The notes under the pieces were generated by a model, which made no database searches, was not told the DNA's origin, and worked only from the letters and a program-made list of their open reading frames with translations. 58,962 nucleotides of DNA, from NCBI GenBank assembly GCA_964396455.1, contig CAYNFG010000003.1:1-58962 (forward strand). Direction: 5' to 3'. Source of the stretch: an uncultured Nitrososphaeria archaeon. GTDB taxonomy: Archaea > Thermoproteota > Nitrososphaeria_A > Caldarchaeales > Wolframiiraptoraceae. Position 1 is the first letter of the stretch, and each line of letters opens with the position of its first letter. The position numbers were made by a program, and so were the translations under genes. Positions 35,131 to 43,579 of this stretch are shown piece after piece.

Positions 35131-36579
35131 TCACGGGAGAACCTTGCCAGGATTAAGAATATTATTCGGGTCGAAGAGTTTCTTGATCGCCTTCATGAGT
35201 TTGAGGATTCTCGGGTCTAGATATCTTTCTAGATGTTTCCTTTTAACGTAGCCTATTCCATGCTCGCCCGTTATCGCTCCTCCGAGCCTAACCACCTCAT
35301 CGTAGATCTCGTCTTGGATACGCTCATAGTCCTCCATGCTCCATCCCTCAACCCTCATTATCTGTATGTGGAGGTTTCCATCGCCCGCATGTGCGACGAT
35401 CGGTAGATGTATCCCATACTTCTTCTCTATTTCTTCGACTTTCCCGATTATCCTTACCATGCTTGCTGGCGGAACGGCTACGTCGAGGGTGTCTATGGAA
35501 TCATTCTTAAGAACGTTATACATCTCGCTCCTAATCTTCAGAATCTTCCCCTGTTCTTCGCGGGTTTCTGCGAGCAGCGGCTCGGCCGAAAATTTCTCCT
35601 CGCATAGTTTTAGAAGCTTCTCGCAGGAGTCTAGTAGGGCTTCCTCGCTCTGCTCTGCTAGGATGAGCATGAGCTGGTATCTCCCGGAGGTGGATGGCCA
35701 GCTAAGCCCGAGATACTCTGCGGTCTTCTCCGCTAGATCTCTTCCGAAGAACTCTATCGCTATCGGGATCACGCCCTCCCTAAGGATTAGCGGGACGAGC
35801 TTAAACGCGTCTTCGCGAGAGTCGAATGGTATTAGGATCGTTGCAGAGTATCTCATCTGCGGGTAAAGCCTTATCCAAGCCTTGGTAATTATTCCTAGCG
35901 TCCCCTCGCTTCCGATTATGAGATTCATCAGGTCATAGCCTACATTATCCTTCAATCTCCCGCCGCCGAGCCTTAGAACCTCGCCCGTCGGAAGAACCAC
36001 CTCCACGCCTCTCACGTAATTCCTCATCACGCCGGTTTTCACGGCTCTAGCTCCGCCAGCATTACAAGCGATCAATCCCCCTATCTGAGCACCCTCATCC
36101 CCGGGGTGGGGAGGAAAGAATAATCCAGCCTTCTCCACCGCCTCGATCAAGTCCCTAAGAGTCGCTCCAGCCTCCACCTCAGCGATCAAATTCTCGGAAT
36201 CAACCCTTATCCTATTCAACCGCTCCAAGGAGAGTATGATCCCGCTGGCCGTCGGTATGCAGCCTCCCACAAGCCCCGTCCCACCACCCCTAGGAAAAAC
36301 GGGAATCTTCTCACGATTAGCAAAAGCCATAACCCTAGAAACCTCTTCAACGCATCCAGGCTTCACAACGACGACATCCCGAGAAGCATCAGGTCTAACC
36401 GCGGGCGGAGTCTCATCATAAAGATAGCTGGAAACATCCCCAACCACAACCCAATCATCCCCAACAATCCCCTTAAGCTCCTCCAAAACCCTATGACCCA
36501 GCAAAGCCTCCACCCTAACTAAAACGCTCAACAAAAACCAAATATAAACCGGCAACCCGCAAGAAAACACGGCAAACAT
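35131..36579 (-). CDS. glcD: FAD-linked oxidase (GlcD / D-lactate dehydrogenase family)
   Basis: FAD-binding PCMH domain (PVFPRGGGTGLVGG), a C-terminal HAGDGNLH and GGAITGEHGIGYVKR. The first 22 codons are hydrophobic and atypical; a GTG at 36513 (VEALLGHRVLEELKGIVG) may be the true start. Confidence 0.85.
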   Translation of the reverse strand: MFAVFSCGLPVYIWFLLSVLVRVEALLGHRVLEELKGIVGDDWVVVGDVSSYLYDETPPAVRPDASRDVVVVKPGCVEEVSRVMAFANREKIPVFPRGGGTGLVGGCIPTASGIILSLERLNRIRVDSENLIAEVEAGATLRDLIEAVEKAGLFFPPHPGDEGAQIGGLIACNAGGARAVKTGVMRNYVRGVEVVLPTGEVLRLGGGRLKDNVGYDLMNLIIGSEGTLGIITKAWIRLYPQMRYSATILIPFDSREDAFKLVPLILREGVIPIAIEFFGRDLAEKTAEYLGLSWPSTSGRYQLMLILAEQSEEALLDSCEKLLKLCEEKFSAEPLLAETREEQGKILKIRSEMYNVLKNDSIDTLDVAVPPASMVRIIGKVEEIEKKYGIHLPIVAHAGDGNLHIQIMRVEGWSMEDYERIQDEIYDEVVRLGGAITGEHGIGYVKRKHLERYLDPRILKLMKAIKKLFDPNNILNPGKVLP

Positions 36580-36590
36580 CCAACCGGATA

Positions 36591-36603
36591 AAAAATTAAA
36601 TAG
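36591..36603 (+). promoter_or_regulatory. TATA-box-like aaaaattaaatag upstream of tRNA-Asn
   Basis: Centred about 28-30 nt upstream of the mature tRNA 5' end (36628). The same A/T tract could serve the divergent glcD gene. Confidence 0.4.
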
Positions 36604-36627
36604 AGACCATAAACCAGCATTCAGTAG

Positions 36628-36713
36628 GCCGGCGTAGCTCAGTCTGGTAGAGCGCCGGGCTGTTAAACAAAGCAGAAACCCGGGGGTCGGTGGTTCGAAT
36701 CCACCCGCCGGCG
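36628..36713 (+). tRNA. tRNA-Asn: tRNA-Asn (GUU) with a 12-nt intron at the canonical 37/38 position
   Basis: Hand fold: acceptor GCCGGCG/CGCCGGC, D arm GCUC-AGUCUGGUA-GAGC, anticodon stem CCGGG/CCCGG, loop CU-GUU-A[intron about 36666..36677]A, variable GGGUC, T arm GGUGG-UUCGAAU-CCACC, discriminator G. CCA is not encoded. Confidence 0.85.
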
Positions 36714-36718
36714 CACTT

Positions 36719-37180
36719 CTATACCTTTTCCCTCATTTGGAGGACGACTTCATAATCCTTCTCGCTAATTCTTCTTATCGCTCCTCTGAAGACTACTGCT
36801 GGATTTTTTCTCCCGATTAGTAGCGGCATTTTATCCTTTACGAGGTCTAGGGTTACGATTCTATCCCACATCTCGGCTTCTTCAAAATCTACGGAGTAGT
36901 CGAAGGCTATTGAGGGTTCTCCGACGACGTGGAATCTCTGCTCATCGCTTATTGGGTGGGCTTGGCCTGCCAGCACCCCTCTTCCCATGAAGCCCTTCAC
37001 CTTGGACTCGATGATATAGAAGAGGACGTTATCACCTTTCTCCAGCCTTCTCAGGTTCGGGGTCCTCGCGTTTAGAGACCAGAACTTATTCCTTACACGA
37101 TTCGCCAAGACCTCTCTAGCTGGAATAATCCTACCCATATGGACGTGATCCTTTACTATGAAGACCCAGAAGTTTGGCAT
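36719..37180 (-). CDS. EVE / PUA-like domain protein (putative modified-base reader)
   Basis: NFWVFIVK...FWSLNARTPNLRRLEKGDNVLFYIIESKVKGFMGRGVLAG...VDFEEAEMW...VTLDLVKDKMPLL...RGAIRRISEKDYEVVL follows the EVE pattern (yWl.k...W....N..l..mk.GD...fYhs....i.G...v...l.....l.....gs...i...e...i). Assigned by eye only. Confidence 0.5.
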   Translation of the reverse strand: MPNFWVFIVKDHVHMGRIIPAREVLANRVRNKFWSLNARTPNLRRLEKGDNVLFYIIESKVKGFMGRGVLAGQAHPISDEQRFHVVGEPSIAFDYSVDFEEAEMWDRIVTLDLVKDKMPLLIGRKNPAVVFRGAIRRISEKDYEVVLQMREKV

Positions 37181-37262
37181 ACCATTATCCTATCAAAAAG
37201 GCTATAAAAAATTTCCAAATGCTCGATAACTTTTCAAGCTGGATGTTCGGGGTAATCCTCGG

Positions 37263-38198
37263 ATGAGCAGGATAATAATGAGCGACGATCTTAGGGATTA
37301 TCTTAATCGGCTTCCAGACCTAGAGCTGGATCTACTCTTGGAGGCTTATGAAAAGCCTTTGCCCGAGGGCTTCAGGATAAACACGCTAAAGTCCTCTGAG
37401 GAGCAGGTTTTAGCTAGGCTTAAAAGGAAGGGTTACGAATTCGAGAAGATTCCTTGGGCGAGGCATGGATATGTTCTAGCGGGCGGCTCGGATCTTGGGA
37501 AGACGTTGGAGCATATGCTGGGGTTGATCTACTTGCAGGGGCCGGTCTCGATGGCTCCCGTGGAGGTTTTGGATCCAAGGCCGGGTGAGGTTGTTCTAGA
37601 TCTTTGCGCTGCTCCGGGGAGTAAAAGCACTCAGATCGCTCAGCTTCTCGATGGTAGGGGCGTGATCGTGGCTAACGATATTAGCTTCGACAGGATTAAA
37701 GCCCTCTCATCAAACCTCCAGAGATTCGGGGTCCTAAACTGCATCATAACCCTCGCCGATGGTAGGAGATATCCAAGATTTGCTAGAGAGTTCTTCGATA
37801 AGGTTATAGTTGATGCTCCATGCAGCTCCCTCGGGATAATTAGTAAGGATTGGGGTATAGCGAAGTCATGGTCCATTAAGCTCGTCGAAAGACTGAGCGA
37901 TCTTCAAAAACAGCTTATCCTAGCAGGATTTGAGTGCCTTAAGCCTGGTGGAGTCCTCGTATATTCTACATGCACGCTAACCATCGAGGAGAACGAGGCC
38001 GTCGTTAATTGGCTGCTAGAATCCCGGGAGGATGCTAAGATCATCGATGCGGGATTGCCGGGCTTACGATATAGGCCGGGCTATACCGAGACCGAGAATA
38101 TGAGGTTTAATGAGGATCTTAGAAAGACTCTACGGATCATGCCTTATGATAATTGGGCTGAAGGCTTCTATATCGCGAAGATCCTTAAGGAGGGATGA
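37263..38198 (+). CDS. NOL1/NOP2/Sun-family RNA cytosine-C5 methyltransferase
   Basis: SAM motif I VLDLCAAPGSKSTQIA, motif IV DKVIVDAPCSSLG (catalytic PC), motif VI GGVLVYSTCTLTIEENE (TC). Confidence 0.85.
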   Translation: MSRIIMSDDLRDYLNRLPDLELDLLLEAYEKPLPEGFRINTLKSSEEQVLARLKRKGYEFEKIPWARHGYVLAGGSDLGKTLEHMLGLIYLQGPVSMAPVEVLDPRPGEVVLDLCAAPGSKSTQIAQLLDGRGVIVANDISFDRIKALSSNLQRFGVLNCIITLADGRRYPRFAREFFDKVIVDAPCSSLGIISKDWGIAKSWSIKLVERLSDLQKQLILAGFECLKPGGVLVYSTCTLTIEENEAVVNWLLESREDAKIIDAGLPGLRYRPGYTETENMRFNEDLRKTLRIMPYDNWAEGFYIAKILKEG

Positions 38199-38204
38199 AG
38201 TTTC

Positions 38205-38660
38205 TTGAGGCTTCTATCTTCAAGCGAGCTGAAGTATCTTCGGGAGAGGCTTAGAGTCCAATATGGCGTCGAGAACGCTTTTGAAGGCTATGTCTTGATT
38301 AGGGCTGGTCAGGGTAGGATTAGGGCGACGACCTCGGAGACGCTTGAGGTCGCTACTAGGCTTAGAAAGGTTCAGCAGGTAGGGCTTTACATCGCCAAGC
38401 TGATAAAATCGGATATCGTATTATCGATTGAGGGTAGCCAGCTTCTAGACGGAGCAATCAAGAAGAACGTTATCGAGCTATCTGAGGAAGAGGCGGAGAA
38501 ATGGATGAAGGCTGCTCCGATAGAGCGTTTTCGAGAGAAGTCTGAGGCCAGGTATGTTGTGGCCAGATGCGGCGACCTATATCTAGGCTCCGGAAGATTC
38601 TCGAGAGATGGAAGGATATATCCGCAGGTGGCTAAGTGGAGGAGGATCCCGGAGGAATGA
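38205..38660 (+). CDS. Nip7-like pre-PUA/PUA domain protein
   Basis: 151 aa starting 7 nt after the methyltransferase. The layout (ELKYLRERL..YG...FEGYVLIRAG...VGLYIAKL...IVLSIEGSQLL...YVVARCGDLYLGSG) parallels archaeal Nip7 (N-terminal domain plus PUA). By eye only. Confidence 0.45.
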   Translation: MRLLSSSELKYLRERLRVQYGVENAFEGYVLIRAGQGRIRATTSETLEVATRLRKVQQVGLYIAKLIKSDIVLSIEGSQLLDGAIKKNVIELSEEEAEKWMKAAPIERFREKSEARYVVARCGDLYLGSGRFSRDGRIYPQVAKWRRIPEE

Positions 38661-39002
38661 TCATTCTTCCGTTTTCCTAAGCATGTTAAGAGCGGATTTT
38701 AGATCTCCTGCGAGCTGATAGCATCTCGAAGCTATCCCATAAGCCCATTTAGCAAGATTAGGAGCCGTATCTTTACTCGACTCCGCATACTCCTCATATC
38801 TCCTCCCAGCCTCCTCGAAAAGCTCCATAGCATACTCCATCCTCTCCATCTTGATCGCACATCTAGCAGCGGATAATAGGCTAATCGCCTGAATTAGCAG
38901 ATCCCGGCTCCTCTCATACTCCTCCAAGTATAGCTTTAAAGCCTCCTCAAATCTCCCATCCCTCTCAAGCCTATTCGCTTTAATCCAGAGATCTTCCCCC
39001 AA
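38661..39002 (-). CDS. Hypothetical helical (TPR-like) protein
   Basis: 113 aa, all-helical, with repeated A/L/Y-rich helical pairs of about 34 aa (GRFEEALKLYLEEY..., EYAMELFEEAGRRYEEY...). No specific family recognised. Confidence 0.3.
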   Translation of the reverse strand: MGEDLWIKANRLERDGRFEEALKLYLEEYERSRDLLIQAISLLSAARCAIKMERMEYAMELFEEAGRRYEEYAESSKDTAPNLAKWAYGIASRCYQLAGDLKSALNMLRKTEE

Positions 39003-39038
39003 GGTCTAGAACCTAGAAGCTTATGAAGGCTAAAAAGA

Positions 39039-41276
39039 TTACCCAGACTTGACTGTAATCTTGTATGGGACGTATCTATCGGCATAGTAGATGGCGTATC
39101 CGCTCCTAAACCCTATCTCGCCAAGCCTTCTAATCTCGAGCTGAAGCTCTATAGCCGGATTCAGCCAGCCATCAACAAAGCTAAACGTATAGGCAGTAAA
39201 TAGTAGCCTCGATCTATCATCCTCCGGAACCTTCTCGAGAACGTTGATGAGATAATCGTAATAGTTTAGGAGGGAGGCATTATCGTTAGCAGCATAATAA
39301 AGCTGCTTTACGAGCGGCGCCGTTTTAAGCACCACGAAGTCCGCCTCCCTAAGAAGCTCTAAGATAATCCCGTTACTTAGAGTATCAGGTCCCTCGATGA
39401 ATATCGGCTTATCGACATCCTTGCGGAGGCTTTCTAGGAGCGGCATTATATGCTTAAGCTTATCGCCTTTTATCTTCCAATCATCCCAGCTCATAAGATA
39501 TACTCCATCGAAGTCGAAGTCCTCTAAAACCTCCTCGATCTTCTTGGAGAAGTATTCTCCGTAAAGCATCTTGCCGGAATCCGTTTCCATCGTGGAGTTG
39601 AAGAGTAGGACTTTCCTATAGCCGATTAGCTGGGGGTTATTCGCAAGCCATTCTATGGAATATCCTTGGACTCCATATCTATAGATCGTTCCTTCAGCCT
39701 TCAGATATACTCCGAGAAGAACCTTCACACCCCTAGACTTTAATCTGCTGATGAGCCATTTCACATCCGATTGAGACCATTTGCCCGGCTCCGCTCTAAA
39801 TCTAAAATACCTCGTTACATCCCTACTAGGCTCGAACCCCTTATACGTGTTTACGAAATCCGGGGAGAATGCTAAAACCACATGAGTGATGTTATAATGT
39901 TTTAGGAATTGGGTCACGCTCTCCTCCGATCTGGGGATAAATGATGAGTCTGGGCTTTCCGGGATCGCTATCCTAATCGGATGGTTTGGGAGGATTACTC
40001 CTGAGGGCGATGGGAATACCGCCGCTATACCTATCATAAACACTAGAGCATACACCGTTAGATTCCACTTGCTGATATACGCTGTATCGTATTTCTGCAG
40101 ATTTAGATAATCCATTACCAAGGCTACAAACCTGGTTCCGCCGAAGATTCCGGCAACTGCCATAAGGACGTATGGTAGCCCGGCTTCATAGCTCTCCGAG
40201 ACGTATAGTCTCCCAATATAATTGGGGCTATACCCGGCGAGGATGAACCATGAGCATATAATCCAGACCAGGGCTGATAGGAGGAGTAATCCGAGATTCC
40301 TCTTGGTATTTCTCAAGGTCCAAAGCTCTCTCGAGATGAGGACTAGGGGTATTAGGAAGATTGTATGCTGAATATTCACCTTCGGGGAGGTCGCTAGAAA
40401 GGCGGCCATCATAAGCGTCATAGACCATATCAAGCCATGCTTATCCGAGCTTACCCTCCTACTCACGAGAACCGCGATAGCTCCGAACGCTATCAGAGGG
40501 ATGAACCAGAAATTCGAGAGATTTACGAGGGTAGAGAGAGCCATCCAATAGGTAAATCCGCCAACGCTTTTCGTATGCTGTAGGATGGCTTGCAGATATT
40601 CTATGGGCGTCGAGAGGAAGGGCGTTGATAACACCAGGAACGTGGCGGCCGCCGGCAGAATCACCTCAAACATTTTACGCAGGCTTTCCCCCCTCTTCCA
40701 GAAATAGACCATTATCGGGATAATGAGTAGTGCCGGGAGGATTTTGATCGCCGCTCCAAATCCTATCATAACTCCGGAGAGGATACGCCTATCCTCCAGC
40801 AGGTAGTATATCGCGAGAAGCTGGAAGAATACGGCTATGGAATCGAACATTCCCCAGAAGGATGAGATGAAGTATGTTATGGGGTTGAAAAGCCAGATGA
40901 GCATTATAATCATAGCTCTACTCTCATCAAACCCCAGCCTCCGAGAGATTCTATAGAGAACTATGGCGGATGCTAGATCCGCCAGAATGATAGGAAGCTT
41001 AATCATGAAGATCCTAAAGCTTAAGCTGCCTCCAATAAACGCGACGGCTACAAGCCAGTATAACCATCCCGGGGGATAAGCATAGAATCCCCAAGGATAA
41101 TCCACCGGATTATTGAACTTGTATATGTTTAGGTCGTGTAATCCGAGCTCTCCAGACTTAAGCCAGATATACATATCCCATGGATGGGCGTAGAATGCTG
41201 CCGGTAAAAGCCTGGAGATCAAGCCTATGAGAAGTATCAACATAATCTTATGGCTAGTCTTCATTCTGAAATCCAA
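39039..41276 (-). CDS. GT-C-type membrane glycosyltransferase (PMT/ArnT/DUF2029-like) fused to a C-terminal extracytoplasmic domain of about 330 aa
   Basis: The N-terminal 410 aa or so have about 12 TM helices and a first-loop aromatic/Pro-rich motif (YPWGFYAYPPGWLYW) typical of GT-C enzymes. The C-terminal soluble domain has alternating beta/alpha character (VKVLLGVYL, FDFDGVYLMSWDDW). Confidence 0.55.
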   Translation of the reverse strand: MDFRMKTSHKIMLILLIGLISRLLPAAFYAHPWDMYIWLKSGELGLHDLNIYKFNNPVDYPWGFYAYPPGWLYWLVAVAFIGGSLSFRIFMIKLPIILADLASAIVLYRISRRLGFDESRAMIIMLIWLFNPITYFISSFWGMFDSIAVFFQLLAIYYLLEDRRILSGVMIGFGAAIKILPALLIIPIMVYFWKRGESLRKMFEVILPAAATFLVLSTPFLSTPIEYLQAILQHTKSVGGFTYWMALSTLVNLSNFWFIPLIAFGAIAVLVSRRVSSDKHGLIWSMTLMMAAFLATSPKVNIQHTIFLIPLVLISRELWTLRNTKRNLGLLLLSALVWIICSWFILAGYSPNYIGRLYVSESYEAGLPYVLMAVAGIFGGTRFVALVMDYLNLQKYDTAYISKWNLTVYALVFMIGIAAVFPSPSGVILPNHPIRIAIPESPDSSFIPRSEESVTQFLKHYNITHVVLAFSPDFVNTYKGFEPSRDVTRYFRFRAEPGKWSQSDVKWLISRLKSRGVKVLLGVYLKAEGTIYRYGVQGYSIEWLANNPQLIGYRKVLLFNSTMETDSGKMLYGEYFSKKIEEVLEDFDFDGVYLMSWDDWKIKGDKLKHIMPLLESLRKDVDKPIFIEGPDTLSNGIILELLREADFVVLKTAPLVKQLYYAANDNASLLNYYDYLINVLEKVPEDDRSRLLFTAYTFSFVDGWLNPAIELQLEIRRLGEIGFRSGYAIYYADRYVPYKITVKSG

Positions 41277-41316
41277 TCTCGTTGAAGATGGGGAATCTTA
41301 TATTAGTTACTCCATC

Positions 41317-42207
41317 ATGCAGAAGTGCATGAGTAGAGATTGGATCAAGTTCTACTTCTATAAGGGTCCATCATTTATAGGATCTGATAAAAGCTTCGAC
41401 GAAGCGGTATACGTATCCTTCGGTGTGCCCTTTGATAATACCGCGAGCTATAGGCCGGGTTCCCGATTTGCTCCATTATATCTTAGGCTCTTATCGGAAT
41501 ACTTGGAGCTTCCGAGGGAGGGTTTGATAAGCTTATGCGATTTAGGCGATCTTCCTCCGACGAATAGCTTAGAGCTTATGCTAAAGCGGGTTAGCGAGTC
41601 TGCTGGGAGGATATGTGAGGAGGGTAAGATACCCGTGATCTTGGGTGGAGAGCATACGCTAACCTTCGCCTCCGCCCAGGCTGTCGAAGACCTGGATGTT
41701 CTCGTAGTTTTTGATGCCCATCTAGATATGAGAGACGAGTTTATGGATACGAAGCTTAATCATACAACCTGGCTTAGAAGGCTTATAGAGAGGAAGAAAT
41801 TTGAGAGGCTGATAGTGATCGGAGCGCGAGCATACTTGGATGAAGAGCTGGACTACGCTAGAGGTAATGGTGTTGAGGTGATTACGAGCCGGGAGGTGTT
41901 CTTAGACTTCTATGGATCTATGAAGAAGATTCGGACGCTTTTATCGGGTTCGAGGAAGGGTTATATCAGCCTTGATATCGATGTCCTCGATCCCGGGTAT
42001 GCTCCTGGGGTTAGTAATCCTGAGCCGGGAGGTTTAACGCCGATCCACTTCTTCCAATTGGTTGAGGCTATAGCGGAGAACCTCATGCTTAAAGGGATTG
42101 ATCTGGTTGAGGTTAATCCTTTATTCGATAATGGTGTGGCGGCTGCGAATGGAATCTACGCAGTTTATTATGCTCTCCTCGCCTCAGCAACTACCACCTC
42201 CTCCTAA
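41317..42207 (+). CDS. speB: Agmatinase / arginase-family ureohydrolase
   Basis: GVPFDNTASYRPGSRFAP, LGGEHT, FDAHLDMRD and SLDIDVLDPGYAPGVSNPEPGG are Mn-binding ureohydrolase motifs. I moved the start from 41227 to the ATG at 41317 (41329 is also possible); the longer form overlaps the GT-C gene. Confidence 0.85.
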   Translation: MQKCMSRDWIKFYFYKGPSFIGSDKSFDEAVYVSFGVPFDNTASYRPGSRFAPLYLRLLSEYLELPREGLISLCDLGDLPPTNSLELMLKRVSESAGRICEEGKIPVILGGEHTLTFASAQAVEDLDVLVVFDAHLDMRDEFMDTKLNHTTWLRRLIERKKFERLIVIGARAYLDEELDYARGNGVEVITSREVFLDFYGSMKKIRTLLSGSRKGYISLDIDVLDPGYAPGVSNPEPGGLTPIHFFQLVEAIAENLMLKGIDLVEVNPLFDNGVAAANGIYAVYYALLASATTTSS

Positions 42208-43495
42208 GCTTCGCTAGGAAGAATCCGTTACAGTAATCCCTATGGGGGTAAAGCCTCCTAGCATACTCTAATCCCCTCAGGGCAGGCGATCCAAGCTCAG
42301 GATCGACCTCGCTCAGCTCGTAGTCCGGATGCTTCTTAAGAAAATCCTCGATCAATAGTTCATTCTCTTCGAGCGTGAGGCTGCAGGTCGAGTAGATTAC
42401 GTATCCGCCAGGCTTTACTTGACTCGCTATACTCTCTAGCATCTTCGCCTGGAGCTTCGCAAACATCTTCACATGCCTAGGCTTAATCATCTGCTTATAC
42501 ATCGGCTCCCTCCAGAATAATCCAGTAGAACTGCATGGAGGATCTAAGATCGCTAAATCCGCCTGAATTCTTAAGGGATGCTGGATCGTCGCATCAGCAA
42601 CCACGTCCTCCACAATCCTTAAACCAGCTCTCCTAATCCTCCTCAAATGAGTATAAAGTCTCTTAACGGAGGAATCGATCGAGACTATAAGCCCCTTATT
42701 CCTCATCAAAATTCCCATGAGAATAGTCTTGGAACCCGGGGCAGCGCATACATCCAAGACTATTTGACCAGGCTTTGGATCAGCAACATACACCGTATAA
42801 TAGCTTGAGAAATCCTGGACTAGGAGGTATCCAGCCCTTATAAGAGCCGTCAGGCTTCTAGTATCCTCGGCTCTCTCTAGGATATAGATGCCTGGAAGCC
42901 GTCCATCCTTAACAAGCTTTACCCCAACCTTATCGGCATCCTCTAAAATCCTCTCGGCTGAAGAAAGTAGAGTATTTAACACAACATAGGTTCTAGGCTT
43001 ATTCTCATCCTGAAATCTGATAAGCTTCCAAGCCTCCTCACGTCCAAGCACGCGATATAGTAATCTAATGAACCATGGCTGATAGCTTGGAGGGGTTGGG
43101 AAAAGCTCTTTGAAATGCTTGAATGACTTGATGAGACCTATCCAGGGCTCGATCGATTGTGGCCAAAGCTTTCTCATGCTTCTTCTCAAAGCTCTTATAA
43201 GGGGTTCTGGATCGCCGAGATCGATCCCGCTCTTAATCGATACCAGGATTAGTCCGAGGATTATCTTCTCATCAATCCCCTCTAAGCCCATCTTCTCAAG
43301 AAGCTCGTTCGCCCAATAGGAGTCGATAGAGTAGTTATAGAGGATCTTCCTCGCAAGCCTCAAAGCTCTCAAACCCGGCTTACGGCTTCTCGAAACCATG
43401 TAAAGCGCCGATTTAAGAGAGATCTTCTCCTCGAGATGCTTTTTAGCCGAGAGATATGATATCGTTAAGGCTTCAGCAACTTCTTCAGCCTTCAT
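42191..43495 (-). CDS. NOL1/NOP2/Sun (RsmB-like) RNA cytosine-C5 methyltransferase with a NusB-like N-terminal domain
   Basis: VLDVCAAPGSKTILM, ILDPPCSSTG and GGYVIYSTCSLTLEENE. I moved the start to the ATG at 43495 (MKAEEVAEAL); the track start at 43612 would cover the A/T-rich divergent promoter and overlap polB. Confidence 0.8.
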   Translation of the reverse strand: MKAEEVAEALTISYLSAKKHLEEKISLKSALYMVSRSRKPGLRALRLARKILYNYSIDSYWANELLEKMGLEGIDEKIILGLILVSIKSGIDLGDPEPLIRALRRSMRKLWPQSIEPWIGLIKSFKHFKELFPTPPSYQPWFIRLLYRVLGREEAWKLIRFQDENKPRTYVVLNTLLSSAERILEDADKVGVKLVKDGRLPGIYILERAEDTRSLTALIRAGYLLVQDFSSYYTVYVADPKPGQIVLDVCAAPGSKTILMGILMRNKGLIVSIDSSVKRLYTHLRRIRRAGLRIVEDVVADATIQHPLRIQADLAILDPPCSSTGLFWREPMYKQMIKPRHVKMFAKLQAKMLESIASQVKPGGYVIYSTCSLTLEENELLIEDFLKKHPDYELSEVDPELGSPALRGLEYARRLYPHRDYCNGFFLAKLRRRW

Positions 43496-43579
43496 CCGCA
43501 GCCTTCCCCAAAGAATTATATTCCTTATACTTGGGCTCCAAAACCCTATATTAGCCCCGTTATTATAAATTGTTTGGAG

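Noticed and set aside
35336-35866. 176-aa plus-strand ORF antisense to the GlcD-like gene, and similar antisense ORFs (1705..2118, 57638..58114, 20399..20764)
   Set aside because: Each is embedded in a strongly supported CDS on the other strand, with Ser/Leu/Pro-rich shadow-frame composition and no motifs.
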